Source: Octopus sinensis
Taxonomy: Eukaryota
Length of the DNA: 64,000 bases
NCBI RefSeq assembly: GCF_006345805.1
Contig: NW_021825821.1
Span: forward strand, 62,001 to 126,000
Direction: 5' to 3'
Shown: piece by piece, positions 50,408 through 63,384 of the stretch
How the letters are laid out: each line of letters opens with the position of its first letter
Position numbering within the stretch: the first letter of the stretch is position 1
Program-made: the position numbers and the translations under genes
Notes under the pieces: generated by a model
What the model was told of the DNA's origin: nothing
Database searches by the model: none
Seen by the model: only the letters and a program-made list of their open reading frames with translations

Positions 50408-52287
50408 CAGTACGACCCCGGTTTGGGGCAGACCCCATGGGTGGGGCACCCTCGGGTTTTGGGGCACCCCCGCTTTTAGGGGCAGTTTTTGAAAACAGTA
50501 AATTTTTCATTCTATTATTTATTTTTGATGACCCCGGTTTGGGGCACTTATTTAATTTATTTAATTACAAAATGTTAGTTTATTTATTAATTATTAATTA
50601 ATACTATTATTTCACGTGTTTATTTTGACTTTAGTATGGTTCGTAAAAAGAATTCAAAGATTAATTATGAAACAAAAATTAAAATCGCTAAAGATATAAA
50701 ACATGGTCAATTTTCAGAAAGAGATCTTGCTAAAAAGTATAAAACGAGCAAAGGTATCTTTTTTAACTAATTATTAATTACAGGTACTATTTCTCGCATT
50801 AAACAAAATTTTGTTTATTATTTTGACGCGGGATTAACTGAATCCGATAGAATCAAGGAATCACATGATCCAAATAATGAATTAGATAGATTAGTTTTTG
50901 AAACTTTTCTACGTCTGAGAGATGAATTTCTTCCAATTTCTGGAACTATCTTAAAACTGATTGCAAAAAAATTATCTAAAAAGATAAATTATGAATCATT
51001 TAAGGCATCAAATGGATGGCTAGACCGGTTCAAGAAAAGACACGAGTTGCTATTTAAAACTATAAGTGGAGAAAAGAATTCATCTGACCTTTCTACGGTT
51101 TCCAATTTTTTTGCTGATTATGACAACTGTTTGGAAACTGTAGGAAGTGAAAATATTTTTAACTGTGATGAAACAGCTTTATACATAAAGCGAACGCCGT
51201 CGAAATCTTTTGTTCAATTTAATGACAAATGCAATGGAATTAAAATGAGCAAAGAGAAAGTTACCCTTCTCCTTTGTTGTAATGCACTTGGTGAAAAGTT
51301 AAAACCTCTATTAATTGGAAAATTCAAATCTCCTAGGTGTTTAAAAAATTTTAACGCTGAGGATCACGGAGTACTATATGCTGCATCAAAAAATTCGTGG
51401 ATGACTAGTGATATTTTTGGGAAATGGTTATGGAAAGTAAATCAAGATATGATCAATGAAAAGAGAAAAATTGTCTTAATACTGGATAATGCGAGCTGTC
51501 ACAGAAATACAGAATATTCCAATGTTTATTTACTTTTTCTTCCCAAAAATACGACCGCTTTAATTCAACCCCTAGATATGGAATAATAAAATCCTTCAAG
51601 TCCCTCTATTTCAATAAACTGATTGATTTTACTCTTATATTTGAAAAAGAACAGCTTTCTGATTTGAATTTGAATAATGTCAATCTTAGACAAGTCATTA
51701 CAGTTGTCGGGGAGGCATGGAAAATGATGTCAGAGACAACGATAATTAATTGCTGGCAGAAAATAAATGAAAACAGATCAAAAATTTCGGATAATGTACA
51801 GTTGGACGAAGAATTAATAGATGACGTGATTTCAGATGTTATTTCAATGGATTCGACAGATATTATTGAGGACAAAATTACTTATGATGGATATGAATCT
51901 AAAAAATCATCAATTAAAGAAATCATAAACATCGTGAATTCTCTAGAAGATAATATTTTCAGTACATGTCCACAATTTTTGAAAATCTACTACGAATTTA
52001 GAAAAAACCTATCAGGAGAACTGAAAAAAAACCAATTCGGTGAGAAAATTACTGATTACTTTTAATAGTATTTTTTGTTGGATTTATTAAAATTTTTAAA
52101 TTTTATTAAGAAAGGACTATGTTAGAATTTTTATTAATATTAAATAATTTTAATTTATAGTCTAAAATGCAATAAAAATCTATTGAGGAGAAAATAAAAG
52201 CAAAAAATCTTTACCCTCGCATTTTGGGGCACCCCCGCTTTTTGGGGCACTATGATAAAAATGCTGCCCCAAACCGGGGTCGTACTG
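50408..52287 (+). mobile_element. pogo/Tigger transposon with intron-containing transposase and one frameshift
   Basis: Perfect 23-bp TIRs cagtacgaccccggtttggggca, TA TSD; ATG ~50636; intron 50754-50783; ASNGWLDRFKKRH, FNCDET, ILDNASCH, IQPLD then 1-nt loss near 51580. Confidence 0.9.
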
Positions 52288-52699
52288 TAATAATTTATAA
52301 AAATAATATAACAATAATTAAATTTGTGTTCAGTTTAAAAAAAAGTCTAGAAAAAAATATAACAATAATGATTAAAATTTGATAGAAATTGATCATATTT
52401 TAGATTTTAGGGCGCTAAAATACAAGATCGCCAAATCCGGGAACAAATAAATAAAAGTTTGCCATAAGAATATAAAGAATAGAACTTTCTATCAAAAAAT
52501 AAGGTGAAATTTAATGAATTAAGATAAATGAGAAGATTTCAAATAAGCGATATAAACAGATTGAAAGAATAAACTCGCAAATATTACAAAATGATGAAAT
52601 TTCAGATAATTTATTAATTAAAAGAAACTACATCGCAAAATATTCCTTCTAATCCAATTAAATAAAAAAATAAAGATTGACCAAATAATGTAACAGGAC

Positions 52700-53990
52700 A
52701 ACAAGGTATGTCAAAAGAGTGCTCACACGTGCCACAATTTATTATGTTTTCTATTAATAATTGGGTAACTAAAAATTAAGATAATTTTAATTAAAACACA
52801 ATTCTACCTAGTAGCTTATAAACAGTGTAAATACCGGAGGGGATATCTCAATGATGGTCCAGATATCTGAAATAAAGACTGCAATAACAATATTTATTTC
52901 TGTTTCATAGAGAATCGACAATTAATTTGCAAGGAGATTGTATTTCTGAAATTTCCACGTGCCAAATTTTTTTAACAAAAAACTATACAAATCAATTTAT
53001 GATTGGCGTTTCTAGAAAGGCGATTCTAGAAAATAAAGAGTAAATTTTTTTTAATCTGAATATGCAAAACAATCATCATTTTTTGGATGTGGCGCCACAT
53101 CTTTGTTTATAAGAGGTTTATAGCATTATTGTGTTATTCATCAGGAAAATTAAATTACAAAAACAATAAAAATGGAAAATGTCCCAAAATCTTTGTATTC
53201 ATCGTTAATTGGATAAGGACAAAGGCCTTCAATCATCAAAACTTCAAATCTTTTATAAATGATATTGATGCCGATTGTGGAGATGTTATTCTTTATACTG
53301 CAGTTAGATGGTTGAGTCGTTCTGTATGTTTAAAAAGCTATATGATAATTATAAATTATTTGTAGGTTTTATAAATTGATTTCTGAAATTAAAGAGTTTA
53401 TTCCTCATAAACAACAATATCTTCAACTGAATAATCAAAATAGGTTGCAGACTTTGAATTTTTTGTTGATTTTTCATTACATATTTCGGATTTGAACACT
53501 GATTTACAAGGAAAAGACAAGCTTTGCTATCAATTATATGGATTTATATCCTCTTTATTCAAAAAACTATATTTGTGGAAGATTCAACTTTCAAATAGAC
53601 ATTCTTTGCTTTTTCATATGCTCTCGGAAAATAAGGAAAGCGCATCGTATAAAAAATATATATTAATAATTGGCGACTTAATTTATCAATTTGAGTGCCG
53701 CTTTGGGGCTAAATTACAAATATAATAAAATATAGAATTTTAGAGAAAACTTATCCACAATGAAAATATTTGCGACATCTTTTGATGTCAAAATTGGAAA
53801 ATGTCCTGTACGATTCCAAATGGAATTAAATTAGAATTAGAATTAAGTGTCTTATTTTATAATACTTTTCTTAGAGTCTGTATGTTAATTGACAATTTCT
53901 CCGAACAACGAAAAGGTCCGATTTCTGCATTTTATATATCAAAAATAAAAAGCTCTGTATTTGAAATTTGTCGGAAAACTGGAAATGATT
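52700..53990 (+). mobile_element. Degenerate hAT transposase
   Basis: FNHQNFKSFI..DVILYTAVRWLSRS, DLQGKDKL..KLYLWK. Confidence 0.6.
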
Positions 53991-54009
53991 GAAGAAAAAT
54001 ATTTATTTA

Positions 54010-54280
54010 AAAAAAAGCTGTTAGTAGAGGGTAGATAAGGACCTGCAGCATTCCTGTCTTTTCAGTCCCGCACACACGCTCACCTCTCAGCCTCAAACTA
54101 AGACTTACCAAAAGCGGAGAAGGGAATACATTCAGCCAGGAGCCTGAGTATGGCTGACAGGCGGAACGGAAACAAGCCAGTCTGTGTTGGTCGAGGAGTG
54201 GTTCCAAGTCAGTTGAAAATCAACGCCAAAGAATTTTGTCCCAATCCCGCTGAGAAAAGACATCGGAAGGTACTTCAGAG
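54010..54280 (-). mobile_element. CRE fragment (pre-RLE region)
   Basis: QRDWD..LDQHRLACFRSACQPYSGSWLNVFPSP. Confidence 0.6.
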
Positions 54281-54394
54281 AAATTGTGTTTCCAAAGTGC
54301 AAGCTTATTTTAAATTATCTAATTAAAAATCTAGATTTTCAGTGATTTCTCTTCTTCGCTTGGAAGAAGAATTTTCTATAAACTTTCTTTCATT

Positions 54395-55220
54395 TTATAT
54401 TTCTGCGTCAATAATTTTATTCAACTGAGTGTCCTCACGAGATGCCACCTCCGTAAGTTGATTGGCGACAGAGGCGTACTCCTTGTTGTCTACCTTCATC
54501 ACATGTCTGTACCCGATAAGCATACTCTCTAGCGTCCTCTTCATCACAACCGGCATGTATGTCCTCGTTCTTTCTTCAATGGATAACTTGTTCATATGAC
54601 TTTTAAAGAACTTTGAGAAAACTCCATCCCATGTCAAGACAATTCGAATAATCTTCACTTTTGTTTCATAGAAAACCGACAGTTCGTTTCCAAGCAGGTC
54701 GTATTCGTGAAATTTCACCACTTCAACTTGCTTTAAACGGTCTTGCGAGGTAATTCCCACTTCGATTAAATGAATTTCTTTTTTTCTCTTGTCATAAACG
54801 AAAATAACAGGTTTATTGAATTGGACTTTCGTTTCAGTCATAATTGAAGTGTCAACTCTGATTTCGACATTTTGGGTCGACATTATTGACACAACCGAAT
54901 GTCCTTTCAATTTCCTGCTTCGTTTAATTCCATACATATGATACAAATGAAGATGAATACACTTTACCACTTCATTGTGTCTTCGGAGATAATCACTGTT
55001 TAGCATCCTACCACACCGCGTGGCTAGATGGTCAACAGTCTGCCTGCTTTTTTGCAATGGAAGCATAGTGATCCCGTGTATGCAAAGAACAAATTTCTAT
55101 TTTGAACGAAATTAGAGCAAGTCCTCTTCCAAGCGTCTTGCGGTCCAAATACAACCTCTCCTTATTTGCAGGCTGGAGGTGTAACTTAAAGTTGTAAGTA
55201 ATCAGCGTATTTGTTGAAGA
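54395..55220 (-). mobile_element. R4/Dong-like retrotransposon 3' fragment (thumb, CCHC, RLE)
   Basis: LHLQPANKERLYLDRKTLGRGL, TVDHLATRC..RRHNEVVKCIH, NKP.IFVYDK..LIEVGITSQDRL..YDLL. Confidence 0.8.
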
Positions 55221-55422
55221 ATGTGTGGGATCATCATCCATAACGAGCATTGATGTTACAATAAAATGCGACTCAAAGTGTTTGCTATATGGAGGAGTCA
55301 TAATGGTGATACAAATAAATTTAACAGCATGTATAAATAATATTTTATTTTTAGCTACGTCAGTCGGACTGTTAAAAACAATAGCATACATTAAAAACCC
55401 ACCCATTTATATTCTTGAACCT

Positions 55423-56250
55423 GCTTCCTGTTGAACCTGCTTCCTGTTCGAAGGCCTGCTTCCTGTCTCCAATCAACACCGTGTCGCTTGCCTCCGTGCA
55501 GGTCGCTGTGAAGGCAGCGGTGTCTGGTTAAAGGCTCTCCCTCTCCCTTCCATCAAGAACCTGTTGGACAAGGAATGCCTAAGAATTGCAATCTCCATCC
55601 GTGTCGGGCTGAAAATCTGCCAGACGCACAAATGCCGTTGTGGGGGAACTGTTGACGAGTACGGTTTGCATCCCCTCGCTTGCCGGCGGAGTGCCGGTCG
55701 TGCCCCCCGTCACAGTGAACTCAACTCAGTCATACAAAGAGCCCTCGCTTCAGCAGGCATCCTGTCAATCTTTGAACCTGTTGGATTGAATAGAGGGGAT
55801 GGCAAACGCCCTGACGGCATGTCCACCTTCCCCTACGAGCAGGGGAAATCCCTTATTTGGGATTCTACCTGTTCGGACACGTTCTCGCTGGGAAATCTAG
55901 CTCTGTCCGCCGCCAATCCTGGGCACGCTTCGAGGCAGGCCGAGGAGCGAAAGATTCTCAAGTACGACCACCTCTCCAACTCGCTGTTCTTTACTCCAAT
56001 TGCCGTGGAGTCCTCCGGGATCTTCGGCCCCAAGACACTCCGCTTCCTTCGCTCGCTCGGTCGACGGATTTCAAGGACTAGTCACGATCCAAGAGAGTTT
56101 TCTTGGCTCCTGGAACGTCTGTCGATTGCTGTGATTCGAGGGAACGGCTTCGCCATTCGCGAAGCTGGCCGGGTTCTCGTGAGGCCTTTAATTAACTTAG
56201 CTATCTTTAATTTCTTTCTTGTTTAAAAAAATTAAATACAAAAAAAAAAA
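55423..56250 (+). mobile_element. CRE-clade 5'-truncated copy with TSD
   Basis: DGKRPDGMSTFPYEQGK; A-tail; (a)ttcttgaacct at 55411-55422 and 56250-56261. Confidence 0.85.
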
Positions 56251-56597
56251 TTCTTGAACCTATCAATGCATGTCAATTCGCAATATTATATTTCGTGAGG
56301 TATTTTTGATATATGTATGATATATCGATGAGTCTCCAGCAAAAAGGCATGAGTCTAGAGGTCACTTGGTATTTTTTAGACCAGCGTGTACTAATCGCCT
56401 GCGCAAAATTTAAGATAAAGACGATATTCCATGACCGAATTAATGTCAAATTACAGTGAATTCCATTAATATTCTTAAACATACTAACAATTTGGTTTTT
56501 TGATTAATTTTATTCAGAAAATTTCAATTTTAGCAGTGTTTTATTAGTCAAATGCAGTACCAGTCACCATTAAATAGAACATGCTATAAATTTAGAA

Positions 56598-57424
56598 CAG
56601 CGGTTCTCAACCGTGGTCCCCAGAAAATTTTTAGTGGTCCCCAGGAATTTTCGAAAAATAAAAATATACTAAAGTTAAAACTAATTGTACAATTAAGTAT
56701 AAATCAAAAACATTGAAATTAATCAAGCGGTTCTCAATCGTGGTCCCCAGAAAATTTTTAGTGGTCCCCAGGAATTTTCGAAAAATAACAATATATTAAA
56801 TTTAAAACTAATTGTACAATTAAGTATAAATCAAAAACATTGAAATTAATCTGATTTGATTAGCGTGGTTTATCATTCTAGTTATGGTTAACAAGAATCG
56901 TCGTCTTTGGTCGGATTCTTACGTACAATTTGGATTCACTAAATTCATTGCCCCAAATAATGAAATAAAGGAAAAATGCATGATTTGCCATAAAATTTTG
57001 GGAAACAATTCACTGAAACCTTCTCAACTTAGGCGCCACAAAGAGTCTGCACACCCAGTCTGTACACTATTTATCACTGTGAAATGGCGATGTCGTGTCT
57101 GACTTTTCTAAAAACAAAATATAGAAATAGACTACGGGTACAAGATGATATGCGAGTAGCTTTGTCGAACATAGAGCCTGATATAAGTAAAATTATTCTG
57201 AGCAAACAAGATAAAAATCTCACTAAATTACTATTAAATTTTCTGTTATTTTCATAATGTTCATGTTATTTTTTAATAAATATTCGAACATGTCTAAACC
57301 TGGCCCTGACGAGGCCAAAAATTGTGCGCTAATACCAAAAAATGTTTATTTTATTTAAGGTGGTCCCCACAAAATTTTATAGTGGAAAAGTGGTCCCCAG
57401 TCTAAAAAAGGTTGAGAACCGCTG
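56598..57424 (+). mobile_element. Non-autonomous hAT/Buster element (BED finger fused to transposase C-terminus)
   Basis: TIRs cagcggttctcaacc / ggttgagaaccgctg; perfect 8-bp TSD atttagaa; CMICHKIL..SLKPSQLRRHKESAH; KTKYRNRL..DMRVALS. Confidence 0.9.
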
Positions 57425-57639
57425 ATTTAGAACTATAACACCAGTATTGCTAGTTCCACCATTTTAGCATAAATCGCATTGCTAAAGAGTTTCTAATTAA
57501 AATAAATTTTTATTAGAATTATAAACTCTAATAATAAAGCCACCTTGAATAAATTAAAACGAAAGAAATATAAAAAAGATAAAAGATTAATTTAAATTAG
57601 TGTAAAACTTGAAGGTATGCATTAAAGTGGATACCCCCT

Positions 57640-57830
57640 TAAGATAGATTAACCGGGACCTTATCGTGAACCACAATATCGGTTTTGTTGTCCTGGACAA
57701 CAATCGACGTGCGTATTAAGGTATGCAAACTTTCGAGTTCCCACAGACCGATTAAACTTGATGGGTTTGTAACTTTTTGGACCGCATCAATCCTTAATTA
57801 TTGCAAAGTAGGAAAAGGAGGAAACTCTGC
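57640..57830 (-). mobile_element. R4-like RLE fragment
   Basis: IRTSIVVQDNKTDIVVHDK. Confidence 0.4.
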
Positions 57831-57873
57831 ATATAGTTATGCATCCATCTGTAATCATTTATAATTAATAAAA

Positions 57874-58990
57874 TGTCACCGTCCAGACCGGCCGGGGCGC
57901 TAGATCGGTCAGGTCAATTATCTAAATACAAAACAAATATTTTTCCTTCAAAACATTTCATTGTAAAAAAATATTGATAATAAAAAAATAAAATCTTATT
58001 AATAAAAAAGTTCTAAAAAGTTGAAAAGATTAGCATTAATCAATTGTGGCATCTGTGGTATCTAAATGTGTTTATTGTCAGGTAAATTACCAATTTTATT
58101 AATTCTAGTCGAAACGATTGTTTGCGACTAAACCAGCAATAACGCCTATTATTGCTTCTTCCCCAAGAGAACGATACATTGTAGATCTTATCGATTTAAG
58201 ACGCTATTCGACCCGAAATGAAAATTATTCCTGGGTAATTTAGTAATCTAAATAATAGATTCTTGTTTTATTGGATTCCTTTTCAAAATTTGCTATGGTA
58301 GAATGTGCTTTTACCAAATCAGCTAAGGAGATTCGCGGAATCCTAGATGATATGTTTTGTATTATCGGGGGTCCACTTATTCTCCATACTGATAATGGCA
58401 AGGAGTTTAGAAATTCTGAAATAAAACAATTTTGTGAAGAATACGAAATTGACCATGTTACCGGACGACCACGAGCCCCGTGGATACAAGGGCAAGTTGA
58501 AAGGTATTTCTGTGTTTAATTTCAATAGAATTAACCAATCTTTAAAACGATGGATCTCATCCACGAGTGCATCAATTGGAAATTTTAGATGCTATAAAAC
58601 ATGCGTGAAGAAAATAGCAAGAAACTACAATAAATCCGTCCACGAAACTACAAAACAAAGGCCTTTTGACCTCTTGTTCGGAACTGATTTGGAGAAACCA
58701 AATAAAAAACCAACAAATTCTGAGGTCGTGAAAAAAAGAAAAAAGCCCTTGAAAATATTGTAAAATCGGGAGAAAAAATGAAAAGGCGGAGAAAATGGAA
58801 ATATGATGAAGTTGAAAGTGGCGATGAAATTTTAATACGCCATGATGGGGATGCAAACCCGGGTTATAGAAAATACCCATTATACGGCGAGATATCTGCA
58901 CAAAAATATATTGTGAAAAATAGGGATCGAGAACTCGTAACGATAATTAATGAAGAGGATGAAAAAGAAAACTATAATGTTGGATGACTG
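57874..58990 (+). mobile_element. Second Ginger/KRBA2-like integrase element with microintrons (right end not found)
   Basis: TGT-starting end; PIIASSPRERYIVDLIDL..W|ILVLLDSFSKF..LHTDNGKEF..RPRAPWIQGQVER|INQSLK..YNKSVHETTKQRPF; two ~24-25-nt GT-AG introns. Confidence 0.7.
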
Positions 58991-60039
58991 ATATTAGTAA
59001 GAATAATTATCACTCTGATCTTTCAAAACCTGGAGGAATAGGAATCCATTTTACTAGATTGATGGCTAGAACTCTACCAATATGGAAATATTTTAACAAT
59101 AAGAGATCCTCCAGGAATACATTTAATCAACCTGAAAAAACAGCTGTTTTACAGGAGATGTGTGTTATCCTGCTAAGCGGATGCCCTTGTTTTGCTGTCT
59201 GATCAGACAAGTTGTTTTGAAAATTAACGAATTATTATTTTCCAACGAAAATTTAATTAGCAAAAATTTTTGTTTTATTACAAATAACAACAAATTTTTT
59301 TGGTTTCGCCTCTTTTTGATTATACAATATTTTCTATCTGAAAATAAAGAATCTTCTCATTTGGATTAAAAAGGTTGTTTCATATTATTTAATATTTTTA
59401 TGACCCGCAAAAGAATATTCTTAAATCATTACAAAGAGAAGACATGCCTGATTATTCATTTTCAGAAGTGTACGTTAAATTTGTTGGGGAATATTTTTCT
59501 GGACATGACTAAAATTATTGACCGGTGTGGTACAAACAAACAGTAATGACAGACTAGAAGGGGATTATTCATGTAATTACAATTTCAGATTCCATAAAAT
59601 GTAAAATTAAACTGCTAAACTCAATCCTAGCTAAAATGGATCACGATTTGATCAGACTGGCCTGAATATTCCCCTAATTACAGTTATCTACGACCTCAAA
59701 GGACTAAGTGTTTATTTATTTTGCACCATATTCATCAAATTGGCTTGTGGGTCAGCATTGTCGTCCATTTAGGCACTGCTGACTCCTTCTCTTTCTTCTC
59801 TAAAATATCTGCCCAATTTTCAGCATTTTCCTTCTTAAGGATAGCAACCAAACCACGTGATTTTGACTTTGAAGATAATTTCAATAAATACTTGGATCGT
59901 AGAAGAACCATCAACAATCAAAAGCAAAAAGGCATAGATTTAAAACGTGGGCCCTTCCGGTCAGGTCAGGAACCGTCATTTTCACGGAATTTTTATTTGG
60001 ATGAGTAATAGAGGACTGTTCCAAGTTATATTCGAATTC

Positions 60040-60430
60040 GAGATTAATATATATCTTAACACGAGTATTATTTTGATCCCAGGCTAAGAATAACTGGTAT
60101 TTTAATAGACACCGTATTTGTTTATGGGAACAGTCGATGTAACGACCTAACCATTCAATTTTCCAGAGGTAAATTGAAAAAAATGGCAATCTGAGAGGGT
60201 TGAGTGTGTTTGTGCATGAGAAATCGGGCAACACAATTACTCTTATCGAGGTGGGGATCACTGGAATAAAAACAATACAAACAACGAAAACAGAATAATT
60301 ATAATTTGGAAGGATTAATTTAGTGCATTCAGATGAAACGTGTTTTATAGATCTAGTAATATATACCCAAATCTCTACTTTTCTGGCATAGTTCAAGGAA
60401 ACTATAGTTTGTTCTATATCACTCCACATC
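60040..60430 (+). mobile_element. Highly degenerate R4-like fragment
   Basis: VFVHEKSGNTITLIEVGITG (RLE motif). Confidence 0.45.
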
Positions 60431-61419
60431 GAAGATATACCGACCAGAAATACTACGAAACACCCAGCCACCAAAATGTGTTCCATATGCTTGGTTAGCC
60501 TAGTCTTGAGACGTGGAGTGACTGTGTTCTTGCCAGCCAGAGCACAAAACAGTTTATTAAAGTCATCAATTGATGAATCCACTGCATTCACAGACATTTC
60601 CACTAATGTAAATCGTGATTTGAAAGACACGGTGGACTCCCAACCTCTTCTCTCCAAACTCTAGGTTAAGGACATCCTCATCCAAACATAGAGTAGGCAC
60701 CTCTTTAGAGATTCGACTGCTATTTTGAAGCAACTCTATCATGTCCCCATCTTCAAAATCCACTGCAGAGAAAAACAGGCTACACTCTCCCCGATTCTCT
60801 TCACTTCACTTATATGCTTTTTTATTTCTTCAATAGACTGAAGTAGTAGTCTTTCCGAGGTTTGTCCATATACACAAACACACACATTGTGTCCCCATTC
60901 GGCTGTTCTGAGTAGAGATTGGTCCACAGAATATTTTCCGCACACCACAATGTCAAAGTTGTAAATATTTGGACGTATATCCTTCCTTCCATTCAACTTT
61001 GTGTGAATAAAAGTAATTATACTTGCTTGAAAGGAAGACTATTTATTGAGATTTGCTGGGAATTGATAATCTTTATCGTCTCCCCACATTCAGGAGAATT
61101 GACAAGACAGACTACTCCCACGCCCCCCTGAAACCTCATCACAATAATCCTCCCTTTAAAAATTCCACTTTCATTGATAATTTTACAATTTCCATCACCT
61201 CCTTCTTTAACTGATCACTCTTCGTAGCCCACTCGGCTGAGAGGACCTGGGCTTTCTTATTAGACTGACACACTCCAGCCTACAGTGAGAGAACTAGAGT
61301 ACATTCATCAAATCAGTAATTGTTGTTATTCTATCAACATTCTCGGTTTGTCTTTCTATTTGTTCGACTAGAAACTGTCTTTCCTTCTCGAGTGATTTCA
61401 ATTCGTCATCCTTGGATTG

Positions 61420-62929
61420 TTCTAGACCTTTTCTAAAATATCTGAATATTTTGAAATGTATCCCCTCCAAAAATTAAAAAGGGATTCATTTTTATATAAC
61501 TGATATGACTCTGATTCTGATGTCAAATCAATAAGATGTTCATATTCAATTGATGTTAGATTTGCTGGTATTACTTTAACTTTGAATGGGTTTTGAACCC
61601 AATCGTCATCAAATTTACCCGGAAAATATTTCGCAATGTTATCGTCCAAAATCATCAAATGATCTTTGATGTCCTGAAGAACTGTATTGTCCAATAATGA
61701 TTTTGATTCTTCGAGATACTCTTGTAAAACGGCAAAGCATGCAATATTATTATCTACAGATGATCGCCAAAATTCGATTTTCCGTTTTAAGGCCATTACT
61801 TTTTCATTAAAAATAAAAACTGTCTGATATTTTCCTTGTAGTGATAATGTAAATTTATTCAGTTTTTCATAAATTGAAACCAAATATGCAAGTCTCTGTA
61901 ACAAAATATTGTTTTCCAAATTTGTGTAAATTGAAAAATTTCGTTTCTTGAGAAACACAATAAGCTCGTTTCGTAATTCAAACAAACGTTGCAGTACCCA
62001 TCCACGTGACACCATCTTACTTCTGTATGGAAAAGTAATGATGTATGATTGAATCCCATTTCATCACACAATATTTTAAATAGACGAGATTGGAGAGCTC
62101 TTTTTTTAACATAATTAATAATTTGGATAGCATCTTCCAAAACTTCACTCAATGAAAAGAAAATATTCTTCGACACCAGAGCATGACGGTGAAGAATGCA
62201 ATGACTACTAGTACAATTAGGAGCCATTTGTTTTATCCTTGGTACAACTCCAGAAATTTTTCCGATCATACATTTAGCTCCATCGCTACAAACATCTACA
62301 CATTTATTCCAATTTATGTTTTTTGCAAAAAAATAATTTTTAATAGTGTTGAAAATATTTTCCCCAGTACAATTACTCTCCAACGATTCGCACATTAACA
62401 TGTCTTCTTATAATATAGTCAAAAGGGTATCGAACGAAAACCAATAAAACTGCCAATCCTTCAACATCAGTAGATTCATCAATTTGAATAGCGAAACCAT
62501 TCGAATTATTCAAACGAATTAGTAACTGTGTTTCAATATTTTCCGAAAGTTCCTGAATTCGCCTTGAAATAGTATTATTTGACAAGAGATGTGTTAGGCA
62601 TTATATGATGGCATATTACATATTCTGCCGTATGTGGTAAATCAGATCCATTCTGAGAAAACCCATATGAGAGGTAGCTTTCATCATATTTTCTTTTCCA
62701 AAATTATAATTATAAAAAAAACCTTTTTGAATATTTTTTGGAATCTCTTATGCAATTATTGTTTCTCATTAAAAATCTTATAAAATTGACCAACTAACTC
62801 AAAAGAGAAACAAGATATAAACGTGGATGTTTAATATATTTTAATAATTAAAAACTATTATTAAATAAATATAATAAATTTCGCGGAACCCCAAAACTGG
62901 CTCCGCGAACCCCAGGTTGGGAACCACTG
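61420..62929 (-). mobile_element. hAT/Buster (FAM200/ZBED8-like) transposon, frameshifted and truncated
   Basis: 5' end cagtggttcccaacc flanked by ttctagag; SNNTISRRI, QIDESTD, CSDGAKCM, HCILHRHAL, HTEVRW, LSLQG. Confidence 0.85.
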
Positions 62930-63384
62930 TTCTAGAGAGTGCAAGTCGTTGTTGTTTTAATAATCTTAACATGAATATTTATTAATACGATATTTTGCTA
63001 GTCAGTTCAGTAAAGTTCTTTTCCTTTTTTGAGCAAATCTCCGTCTTCTTGTTGATTGACTCGAATTGCAACTCTAAATCTTCAAGCCGGCCTCGTTGTC
63101 CCACGGTTTCCTTTCAACCTTTTTGGTTGCTATATCTGATTTAAAAATAGATTTATTTGCTCCCGTCTTTCGAAGTGTCTGATTAGTGCCTCTCGATGCC
63201 ACAGTTGTTGATTTTTTAGTCTGAAATACAAATAAAATATATACTCCTATATGTCGAGTATTTTAAAGTGTCGAGTTTGGTGAGTATTTTAAAAGTTTTC
63301 CATTAATACCATTAATACCCGGACTCCTACCATTGTTCAATTTACGCAGAGCAGTTTGCATCTCAGTGATGGTAATTGGAACAG

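Noticed and set aside
55220-56480. Faint GUF1/LepA-like words (ILEP, YFLDQRVLI) in the sequence flanking the CRE insertion
   Set aside because: Similarity too weak and spread over frames; needs a profile search
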